Origin: an uncultured Gammaproteobacteria bacterium
GTDB taxonomy: Bacteria > Patescibacteriota > Microgenomatia > UBA8517 > UBA10165
Assembly (NCBI GenBank): GCA_964472675.1
Contig: CAYYLO010000003.1
Coordinates: 3,768-67,767, forward strand
Direction: 5' to 3'
DNA length: 64,000 nucleotides
Part shown: positions 56,290 through 64,000 of the stretch, piece after piece
Position numbering within the stretch: position 1 is the stretch's first letter
Layout: each line of letters starts with the position of its first letter
Made by a program: the position numbers and the translations under genes
Notes under the pieces: model-generated
What the model was told of the DNA's origin: nothing
Seen by the model: the letters and a program-made list of their open reading frames with translations, nothing else
Databases searched by the model: none

Positions 56290-59200
56290 TTAGATTGCTA
56301 GTTCAGACTTATCTTTTACTTTAATGATATACCCTCGATTGACCTCAATCGGAAAGTCTTCGCCATATTGCTCCTTACTTTGCTTAACGTATGTATCCCA
56401 AAGGCCGGACTTCCAGCGAGCCATCGTTAAATCTCCACTAATTAAATCCGAAACCTTGTGGAATGTGCTGTTTTTAGGAAAACCTACCGCATTCCAGCCT
56501 GAAGCAAGAGTGGTTTTTAAAGGGGCCGCAAACTCTTGGCCCTCAAAAATCATGACCGACTTTTTAAGGTTTTTGACAAAGTAGGCTTTTCCGGGAAGTA
56601 ATGGGAAATCCTGTCCGGAATACGCCTTGTCTCCTCTTTGAACATAAGTTTGCCATTCCCCATTCTCTAGATTAGCAACAGAAGTTGCGTATCCGCCTTG
56701 TTTGGCAATCTGGGCAAGCAGACTTGAAGCAGTCAAAGGGATAGAAGGAACCGCCGTTAATGTAATCAAGTTCCACCCGGCGCTGAGATTTATAAACTTT
56801 TCCTGATTAACCTTCCTAAGCTCAACCTGAACTCCAGCCCAAGGTATTGCATGCTCGTTATCATCCCACTTCCCATTTTTATTCTGATCGTAGTATGTGG
56901 TTACTTTTATAGGCTGGTCGTTCTCTGTAGCGTAGGCAGCAATCTTTAAAAATGAGGTTTTATTACGTGCCTGGTTATTGGCGCCCTTATCATAATTTAT
57001 CCCAATAGGCACTACTTGTTCCCCATTCCTGATTTCTACTTTTTGGGGAAAGGCCAAGCTAATTTGTTCATAGCTTGGTACTCTAATGGTGTAATTACCG
57101 CTTTCTATTTTGCCACTCACGCTTCCGGTTTTGCCAGTGACAAACACATATCCCGAAGGTGTTTGAATAACAGACGGGTCAACAATGTCAGATTTTAAAA
57201 TTTCTTCCACTAGATCCTTTGAAACGAATCCGTCGTTACTTAGCGTGTGTTTAATAAAATTAAGCCTCGTTCTCATGTTAAAAATTTGGTAATGTTTTGG
57301 TTCGCCTTTATCAGATACTTGAGCATTAACATGCTTAACAAATGGAAAATTAAACGGAAGAAGTTTATTTTCTTCCTCACGTATTTCTATGATTCCTTTT
57401 ATGCCAATGTATTCCAATGGCGCAGAAACTGCCAACCCTGCTGCAACAATTGCTGCTCTCTCTTTGGGTGTTAATATTTGGACTTTTTCCGGCACATTTG
57501 TAGGCAGATGGGCTTCTATAACATTGGATGAAGTATCGGGCGTATTATCCAGGATCTCTTTTAATATCTGTTGCCCTTTTTGTTCGTTACCCTTCCCAAG
57601 TGGTTCATATAATCTACCGTAATAACCGCTGACGGCTGCTTCTATAACTTTTGCTTCAGCCTCAGGACGTTCTAAACCTTTATCTAAAACATACCCTCCT
57701 TCTTGCAGTTTCTGTATGATTTTTTCAACCGCATTGACTTGCTGTCCATATCCTGATACAAAATCAGGCTGTTTGCCTTGAAGTTCATAAGCTTTTAGGT
57801 TTGCCCATTCTGTTAATCCCTCTGTAAGTTTCTTTCGGTTTTCTACTCCACCCAATTGGTAATTAAGCGCTTCTGCTCTTTGAACTACATCTCTCGTTGT
57901 TAACCCACAAGCTGCGTGTATGCACTCATGTGTTACAACTGCTGATATATCCATATCTGCTCTGATTAAAAGCTGCTTATCGCTTCCAACATAAAGCCCG
58001 GCAGTGTTGGCAGGTTGGCCTAAAGCCTGAAGCTTTGCGGGAGTAACTATGTGTATGTTATCTGGATCGGTGGCACGCAAAATTGCGGAAAAAGCTTGTT
58101 TGTCTGCGCCATTATCTACAGCATATTTTCTCAAAGCTGCCAGGGAAGAAGCTGCATCATCTAATTTCGAAGCTAGAACTTTTTCGCCCTGGCTTTTAAG
58201 CAAAAGTGAATCAGTTAAGTCCAGCAATTGGTTAGCTACACCAGTATCGTACGTTAAGCGGGAATTATAACGTGCGGCAGCATTGATGGATGATTCTAAC
58301 TGGCCACCGTTTGCGTCAATCATTGCCTTTGCTGCTTGGTAATATTTAGATACTATTTCTTCTTCGGTTTTGCCTGCGCGCAACCACTCTGCAAAAACTT
58401 GCATTTGCGCTTTTTCAGACTCCTGGGAAAAATCATTAGTCAAATTGCCAAAAGTTTTTGTCCACACCTCCATTACTTTGAACCGAATAAATGCTGGTTG
58501 GTCGTCAAACGGTGTTAAAGGGGGGAATCCTTCATTTTGCCTGGTTCCAATTGTTTGTACGTAGTCACCAGCAGAAATTAAAGTTTGTGCAAATACCGGT
58601 TCACCTTTTTGCAAAGCAGTTTGAACAGCTCTTTCTTCCACGTTTAGAGCTTCTTTTTTGAAAAATCCGCCCACAAAATCAACAACTGTTTCTGCAGCAT
58701 TTCTTATTGGACTGGTCACGCGTTCGGCATATGGCGCTAAAAAATCGCCGCCTTTTTCCATAGCCTTGGCTCCGACGGTATTTAAAATTACAAATGCCGC
58801 ATAATCTTTCATTCCCTCATCAATTCTTTGCATCTGATCTTTGTCATATTGCGCAAGACGGTCTGCATAAGCTTTTTTAGCTGTCAATTGTTGTTCAAAG
58901 AAGGAAACATCGTCAGGCTGTTCGGTCCTAATTCTGTCAATTTCAGCCTTTAAATCGTCGCTTGATAACCTTTGAAGCCTGATTATTTCTCTTTCCTGTT
59001 CCGGGTCGATTACTCCAAATGGCGGAGAGAAACCTGTTCCCTGGCGCAAATTTTCAAGCTGGTCAAGATCACTTTTGTTTGCTTCGTTTCTAGCAATCTC
59101 AGCTTTGCCAAGGTCTAAACCTCCTCCGGATGCCATATTGAGACTAAACTCTCCTATGCTTTTTAGAGCGGTTTGTCCTTGCTGAAGCCGCTCCTGCCAC

Positions 59201-60246
59201 TGGCCAGGCGTAAAATTCTGAAAATCGGGGTTTTGAGGATCATAAATGCTTATTCCAGTTATGGCTGGATTATCAATGTCGCCCTCTAGTGTGAATCCTG
59301 TACCTTCTAAAGTTTTATTGATTGCGGGTATTACCTGGTCGTCTGGTGTTTCATCGTCGAGTCCTAAAGCTTGTTTGGCAGCTTGAATTTGTTCTACTGT
59401 GGGAGCATTAAGTGCGGCATCAATTTGTGCTTGCTGGTCTGCCTGGGCTTTAATTACTTCCTGTTCGGCTGCTTCTGCCAAATTACCCAATTGTTCTTCG
59501 TATCCTGCATTTAGTATTCCGCTTAATATCTCTGGAGTTTTGACTATTGCGTCCTGGGAGGAAGAGAAAGTGTCTGATAAAGCTCCGGGAAGCTGGTTGC
59601 CCGCTTCTTCAATTCCAGAGATTAAATTTTGCAAAACTGTTTGATCTGAGGTTATTTCTCGAGCATCCTGAGTCGGGGCATCTGTGCGACCTGTTACCTC
59701 ATCCCCATAGTTTTCGTACTCATTCAAAAGGTCTTGTTGGGAAGAGGCATCAACAACCGGAAATTCAAGAGCTGTTTGCCGGTAATCCTCTGTAACATCC
59801 TGGGCTTGCTCATTTGCCGATGTTATAGAGACACTGCCTTCATCTTCGCGGGCCGTTTGAAGTTCAGTTAGACTTCCAGACATCTCCGCCTGTTCAGAGG
59901 CAATTTGTTCTGTAAACTCTGTGAAAACAGGGGCTTCTTGGGGTTGGGGTTCGAATTCTTGGACTGGCACGGGAGCTTCTTCCACAGGCGATGGCTCTTG
60001 TGGAACTTCCGGTTCCTGAACTTCTGCCGGAGGCGCTTCGGTTGCTTGTTCTTCAACGGCGGGCCCCGAGTCAGAAGGGGCAGGAGCTTCAACTGGCGTT
60101 TCTTGAGGCACAGTTTCCGCTGGTTGTTCTGGAAAGGGCTCTAATATGCCATCTTGCGCATATACCAAAGCTGGAGCTAGGGTGGTAAAAACAATTTGAA
60201 AACACAGAAAGATACTTGTGAGTTTAAAGAGTATTTTGCTTTTCAT
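56290..60246 (-). CDS. large exported protein with a zinc-metallopeptidase motif
   Basis: signal peptide ending VYAQ, Pro/Glu-rich stalk, THECIH...LTEGLTE, D.N.NG.WD, two L..GWN repeats. Confidence 0.85.
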   Translation of the reverse strand: MKSKILFKLTSIFLCFQIVFTTLAPALVYAQDGILEPFPEQPAETVPQETPVEAPAPSDSGPAVEEQATEAPPAEVQEPEVPQEPSPVEEAPVPVQEFEPQPQEAPVFTEFTEQIASEQAEMSGSLTELQTAREDEGSVSITSANEQAQDVTEDYRQTALEFPVVDASSQQDLLNEYENYGDEVTGRTDAPTQDAREITSDQTVLQNLISGIEEAGNQLPGALSDTFSSSQDAIVKTPEILSGILNAGYEEQLGNLAEAAEQEVIKAQADQQAQIDAALNAPTVEQIQAAKQALGLDDETPDDQVIPAINKTLEGTGFTLEGDIDNPAITGISIYDPQNPDFQNFTPGQWQERLQQGQTALKSIGEFSLNMASGGGLDLGKAEIARNEANKSDLDQLENLRQGTGFSPPFGVIDPEQEREIIRLQRLSSDDLKAEIDRIRTEQPDDVSFFEQQLTAKKAYADRLAQYDKDQMQRIDEGMKDYAAFVILNTVGAKAMEKGGDFLAPYAERVTSPIRNAAETVVDFVGGFFKKEALNVEERAVQTALQKGEPVFAQTLISAGDYVQTIGTRQNEGFPPLTPFDDQPAFIRFKVMEVWTKTFGNLTNDFSQESEKAQMQVFAEWLRAGKTEEEIVSKYYQAAKAMIDANGGQLESSINAAARYNSRLTYDTGVANQLLDLTDSLLLKSQGEKVLASKLDDAASSLAALRKYAVDNGADKQAFSAILRATDPDNIHIVTPAKLQALGQPANTAGLYVGSDKQLLIRADMDISAVVTHECIHAACGLTTRDVVQRAEALNYQLGGVENRKKLTEGLTEWANLKAYELQGKQPDFVSGYGQQVNAVEKIIQKLQEGGYVLDKGLERPEAEAKVIEAAVSGYYGRLYEPLGKGNEQKGQQILKEILDNTPDTSSNVIEAHLPTNVPEKVQILTPKERAAIVAAGLAVSAPLEYIGIKGIIEIREEENKLLPFNFPFVKHVNAQVSDKGEPKHYQIFNMRTRLNFIKHTLSNDGFVSKDLVEEILKSDIVDPSVIQTPSGYVFVTGKTGSVSGKIESGNYTIRVPSYEQISLAFPQKVEIRNGEQVVPIGINYDKGANNQARNKTSFLKIAAYATENDQPIKVTTYYDQNKNGKWDDNEHAIPWAGVQVELRKVNQEKFINLSAGWNLITLTAVPSIPLTASSLLAQIAKQGGYATSVANLENGEWQTYVQRGDKAYSGQDFPLLPGKAYFVKNLKKSVMIFEGQEFAAPLKTTLASGWNAVGFPKNSTFHKVSDLISGDLTMARWKSGLWDTYVKQSKEQYGEDFPIEVNRGYIIKVKDKSELAI

Positions 60247-60317
60247 AATTCAAGATTCTGGTCAAGACAGAATGACAAACTGGGCGCACTAAAAGGCGCT
60301 ACTACACACATCACCCT

Positions 60318-61055
60318 TCACTTTTCATTCGTCACTATCAAGTCCGGCCAGGGTTTGTCTTTCCCTGGCGGTGTGGTTGCTTTTCCAGTTCCTTTGGTCC
60401 CTGCGTAAATTAGTACTTCTTCTACTGTGCTAGCAGATGTTGGGAAAGCGGATTTGAAGTCTTCTGTCCGTAAATTTCCAAGGTCTAAGGACCAGCGCCC
60501 GGAAAGGTTTGTCAAAGCTGACAAAAGTGTTGAACTTTTGCTGCCGTTTTTTGCTCTCAGATACACCATCGCTCCAACAATGGGTTTTTTATTTTTATCT
60601 AATACTCTGCCATAAACAGGATTGGGGGAAGGCAGAGAGGAAAGCGCTTGAGCAGTTGTTAATCTACCTATATATTTTTTGCCGATACCTTGATAAATAG
60701 CAAAAGTGTAAGTTTTACCGGATTTTAGGTTTTCAAGAGTCACATGATGTGTCGTATAAAATCCGGGGCGCGGTAAGGATTTGTCTCCATCATCTTTTTG
60801 CAAGCTTTTTGACCAGCGGGGGAATAGAGGAAGCTTATCAGTTGTTGCAATTACTAGCCCTGTTGTTGCTTTCCTGGTAGTCCATGAAACAGTGGCCTGA
60901 TGATCAGTTACGTTTGAGATTAAAACATTTTCCGGAGGCGAGGCTGGCTCAAAGGCTACTACCAAAAAAGGCAAAACTGCGAAAATTAATAAGCCCGAAA
61001 TAAAGAGTCCGAGTAAGGGAAAACGAATACGTTTCCATAACGGATCAGGTTGCAT
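60318..61055 (-). CDS. fibronectin type III domain surface protein
   Basis: ISNVTD..ATVSW.T, HHVTL.NL, YG.V, G.W..DLGN.R; paralog of 54632-55861. Confidence 0.85.
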   Translation of the reverse strand: MQPDPLWKRIRFPLLGLFISGLLIFAVLPFLVVAFEPASPPENVLISNVTDHQATVSWTTRKATTGLVIATTDKLPLFPRWSKSLQKDDGDKSLPRPGFYTTHHVTLENLKSGKTYTFAIYQGIGKKYIGRLTTAQALSSLPSPNPVYGRVLDKNKKPIVGAMVYLRAKNGSKSSTLLSALTNLSGRWSLDLGNLRTEDFKSAFPTSASTVEEVLIYAGTKGTGKATTPPGKDKPWPDLIVTNEK

Positions 61056-61114
61056 ACTTTAATATGACATATTTTGTGTTCTTGTAAAAGATGGCACTGA
61101 ATATATACTGGGTT

Positions 61115-61410
61115 ATGGCATTTGATAAGACAGAATTAAAACAACTTCAAGAACTGTTCAAGGAAAACAATAAGGCTATAGCAGAAGCCGTGTCTAAGGG
61201 TTTTGAAGTTATGGGCGAACAAATTGAGGGTACGAGATCAGAAATCCTTGGAGGGTCGATGATCTCGAGAAAAAGGTTGATGTTGGTTTTGAGCGAACCG
61301 ACGACTCTCTCGATAGAAAAAATCTAAAGGGGTATAACCACGAACAAAGATTAATCAAGTTGGAGAAAATTCATCCAAAAGGTAAGCACGCTATACCTGT
61401 TTCCAGTTGA
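61115..61410 (+). pseudogene. frameshifted paralog of the IHP.GKH coiled-coil protein
   Basis: MAFDKTELKQL...; shift near 61252; ...NHEQRLIKLEKIHPKGKH. Confidence 0.65.
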
Positions 61411-62800
61411 AAATTACTCCTTGTGCGCCCAGTAGTTCTTCCATCAATAAGACCACCTTCTTTAGTCCAATCCCGTTTTTGGCTTCAGCGCGGAGGGATA
61501 AGACATTTTCAGTATTGGAGAGACGAATTAGGCCCCAGCTGCTGTTGGGAAAAGTGAACAAAACTCCATCTGTTAGATTAATTCTTGCCTCCGGGTACTT
61601 CTTTATTATCTCTTCTTTCACTTTTTCAATAAGTTTTTCTTTGTCTGCCCGTTCGGGAAGATTTACTCGAACTTCTTCCGTTGCGTAAACTTTAGGAAAT
61701 GTATGCACAAGTTGAGAAACGGCAACCTTTTTCTCCCCAATAATCTGGCAAAAACGTGCCGCGGCATAGGTTGCATCACCAAATCCATAATATTCATCCT
61801 TAAAGTAAAAATGTCCCGACAATTCTGCTCCAAAGGGAGAGTTAGCTTTTTGCATAGTATTCATCATAAACGGATAACCAGTTTTTGAATAAACGACTTT
61901 GCCGCCGTGCTTTTCTATATAAGTTGTTGCTGCGCTTGACGTGCCCACATTAACAACCATGCTCTCACCTGGCTTTTTCTCTAAAATGGATGCGGCAAAA
62001 ATTGCCCCCAAAAGATCATCTTGTACAAAAAAACCTTTTTCATCATAAATTCCCAGCCGATCTCCATCCCCGTCAAAAGCCAGCCCAAAATCTGCCTTGT
62101 TCTCTTTGATGGAATAACTTAAATTTTTATAGTTATCAGTTAATTGCGGATACGGCAAGTGGTTGGGGAACGTACCGTCCGATTCAGTATAAAGCTCGAT
62201 AACTTCGCAACCCAAACTTCTAAAAAGGTCAGGCGCAAAAAGTCCTGTCGTTCCGTTGCCCGAATCAATAACTATTTTTAATTTCCGAGGCATCTTAATC
62301 AACTGGAGTATCTGTTCTTTATAACTTGGCCAGATATCTTCCTTTTGCAATTTGCCCTTGCCTTTCTCAAACTTGCCAATCTTAATAATTTTTGCCAATT
62401 CCTGGTAGTCTTTTGTCGAAAAAGGCTTCTTGTTAAAACTAATTTTTAATCCATTAAATTCCGGCTTATTGTGGCTTGCCGTTATAGAAACTCCTGCAGA
62501 CACCCCCGAGGTGTACTCTGAAAAGTTAGCCATAGGTGTTGTCACGATTCCTAAATTTGTAACACCACAACCTGTGGAAAGTAGACCCTCTATAAAACTT
62601 TTCGACAAATCTTCACCGGAAGGCCGGTTATCACGGCCCACAGCAATGCTATTATTTGAAACGTTGGCTGATCCGTGACAAATTACATACGTTCCAAAAG
62701 CCTGCCCCAAAGCAAAAAATACATCTTCATTTATTTCTTCAGGATAAACACCACGAATATCATACGCATGGAACATACCGCTTGTTAAAGAAGGGAGCAT
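61391..62800 (-). CDS. phosphomannomutase/phosphoglucomutase
   Basis: F.AYDIRG, ITASHN, FDGDGDR, E.SGH, R.SNTE. Confidence 0.95.
   Translation of the reverse strand: MLPSLTSGMFHAYDIRGVYPEEINEDVFFALGQAFGTYVICHGSANVSNNSIAVGRDNRPSGEDLSKSFIEGLLSTGCGVTNLGIVTTPMANFSEYTSGVSAGVSITASHNKPEFNGLKISFNKKPFSTKDYQELAKIIKIGKFEKGKGKLQKEDIWPSYKEQILQLIKMPRKLKIVIDSGNGTTGLFAPDLFRSLGCEVIELYTESDGTFPNHLPYPQLTDNYKNLSYSIKENKADFGLAFDGDGDRLGIYDEKGFFVQDDLLGAIFAASILEKKPGESMVVNVGTSSAATTYIEKHGGKVVYSKTGYPFMMNTMQKANSPFGAELSGHFYFKDEYYGFGDATYAAARFCQIIGEKKVAVSQLVHTFPKVYATEEVRVNLPERADKEKLIEKVKEEIIKKYPEARINLTDGVLFTFPNSSWGLIRLSNTENVLSLRAEAKNGIGLKKVVLLMEELLGAQGVIFNWKQV
62499..62516. repeat. RAYT-family REP core in-frame in the phosphomannomutase gene
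   Basis: GACACCCCCGAGGTGTA, a 17-nt exact match to 41566-41582; encodes YTSGVS. Confidence 0.8.
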
Positions 62801-62811
62801 CAACCTCAATA

Positions 62812-63483
62812 CTAGATGGAAGTTAAAAGCAGTTCAAGCGAGGAAAACAAATCAACAGGCAGTGTGGAATTTTTACTCTTGCGGTCAAGCTCCAAAAGCT
62901 TGGTATTTAAGTTTTTAAGGTTGCTCTCAGAATACCGGCCCGATTGAGCAATAAGCTTTCCTTTCTGCCATAACGGAAGAGTCATTGCTGCCGGTTCAAG
63001 TTTTGCCCACAATAATTGACGGACACGAGAAGCCAGCATTATCAAAACAAATTCTGCTTCCAAACCCCGTTTTGCTGTTTCTAAAAGTTCTAGAACTTTT
63101 TTAGTATTCTTGGGATAAATATTATCTAGAAGAGCAAACAAAACCGTTGGCAGCTTAAATTCTAAAACTGTAAATCGGCCAGACAGCTTTTTTAGTATAC
63201 CGGCAGTTAAAAGTCTTTTCTCCCAAATTATTAACGTTGTATCCTTGGGTATATCTGACAAAATTTCACCTGCTTCTTTGTCCGCTGTTAAAAAATTTTC
63301 AACAACGATTAGATTTTGGCTTCCAAATAGACCTTGCGCAAAGACCACGTCAAGCAGTTCTTTTTTGCTGGGATTATCCAAATAGACGACCTCAAGCCCG
63401 TTTTTTTTACCGTCATTTACTAGAGAAACAAGTTTTTCTCTTGAGGCAACCTGGTTGTCGCCATGAAGTAAGAATGAATTCAT
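62812..63483 (-). CDS. holA: DNA polymerase III delta subunit (short form)
   Basis: LLHGD, LFG...L.V.E, FKLP..LF.LLD, LLELD...K, LELL. Confidence 0.75.
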   Translation of the reverse strand: MNSFLLHGDNQVASREKLVSLVNDGKKNGLEVVYLDNPSKKELLDVVFAQGLFGSQNLIVVENFLTADKEAGEILSDIPKDTTLIIWEKRLLTAGILKKLSGRFTVLEFKLPTVLFALLDNIYPKNTKKVLELLETAKRGLEAEFVLIMLASRVRQLLWAKLEPAAMTLPLWQKGKLIAQSGRYSESNLKNLNTKLLELDRKSKNSTLPVDLFSSLELLLTSI

Positions 63484-63884
63484 TTGTTTAAAAATGCCTG
63501 TTGGTATAGCAATTTTACCTTCTTTTCGTTCACTCCGCCTTTTCTTTTGTGAGGAACTAGTGCTCCGGAAAAATTTTTAGGGATGTGAAGAAGCTCGTGA
63601 ATTAAGACATGATCTTTTTCAAATGAGGAAAGTTTGTTGAATTTTTCGCTTATCACTTCCAAAATGTATGCCGGTTCAACTCCTAGCGTGCTTTGCCAAA
63701 TTCGGTTTAAACCCCAAATCCTGGCATAAGCGCGAGTTTTGGCGCCCGTGCTTTCATAGCAAAAAATACGATTTGTGCGGATGTATCCAAGGCCACAGGC
63801 GGCAACCAGACAATATACTCTTGTAGATATTTTAGCAGAACTTTGCCATTCTAACTTTGCTCTTTTTGTCACCCGCCTTTTCAT
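63480..63884 (-). CDS. putative zinc metallopeptidase
   Basis: AYARIWGL, Y.LEVISE.F, IHELLHIP. Confidence 0.8.
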   Translation of the reverse strand: MKRRVTKRAKLEWQSSAKISTRVYCLVAACGLGYIRTNRIFCYESTGAKTRAYARIWGLNRIWQSTLGVEPAYILEVISEKFNKLSSFEKDHVLIHELLHIPKNFSGALVPHKRKGGVNEKKVKLLYQQAFLNK

Positions 63885-64000
63885 TCTTTGTACACCTCTG
63901 CCCCCTCTTTTAATTTTTGGGTGACCTTAATACCGATCTCATCACCTTTTTGGGCTGAATCTACACTTTGATGCTCAATTTGGATAGAGTCAACTTCCTG
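63881..64000 (-). CDS. C-terminal end of a small beta-barrel protein (elongation-factor domain II / U32 C-terminal-like), partial
   Basis: QEVDSIQIEHQSVDSAQKGDEIGIKVTQKLKEGAEVYKE. Confidence 0.7.
   Translation of the reverse strand, partial: QEVDSIQIEHQSVDSAQKGDEIGIKVTQKLKEGAEVYKE

Noticed and set aside
59870-60140. Pro/Glu-rich stretch as a DNA tandem repeat
   Set aside because: The similarity is at the protein low-complexity level, with no clean nucleotide period.
60932-60942. CCGGAGGCGAG match to the uvrC GC insert
   Set aside because: Only 11 nt, no full hairpin, and it encodes a plausible native ASPP linker.
1-64000. CRISPR array or cas genes
   Set aside because: No regularly spaced 25-45-bp repeats with unique spacers and no Cas motifs; the repeats found are dispersed.
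1-64000. Diversity-generating retroelement or retron
   Set aside because: No reverse transcriptase ORF. The 55-bp repeat pair differs at only two positions and is tied to tRNA ends.

Overview
Compact bacterial chromosome segment using genetic code 11. Gene content and layout suggest a Patescibacteria/CPR (Microgenomates-like) genome; this is inferred, not proven. Core genes: DRG GTPase, Cu/Zn SOD, GH18, PBP1A, dinB, frameshifted pyrG, secG, uvrA/uvrB/uvrC-like, lexA, rsmI, gpmI-eno-ppsA, phosphomannomutase and holA, plus 11 tRNAs. The most notable signals are non-coding. (1) A REP-associated tyrosine transposase (RAYT) is bracketed by an ACACCCCCGAGGTG hairpin, and copies of that hairpin sit in-frame in three housekeeping genes; two unrelated proteins carry the same LALHPRG peptide as a result. 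(2) Two integrase-less islets at two different tRNA-Gly genes share a 55-bp left arm and a 24-bp right arm but carry unrelated cargo. (3) GC-rich palindromes and 7-bp-period repeats are also written into genes, UTRs and partial tRNA copies. (4) A decayed serine-recombinase island sits at tRNA-Val. (5) Many promoters look leaderless, and a candidate LexA operator is shared by the lexA and dinB promoters. Product calls come from recognised motifs only; no database searches were run.
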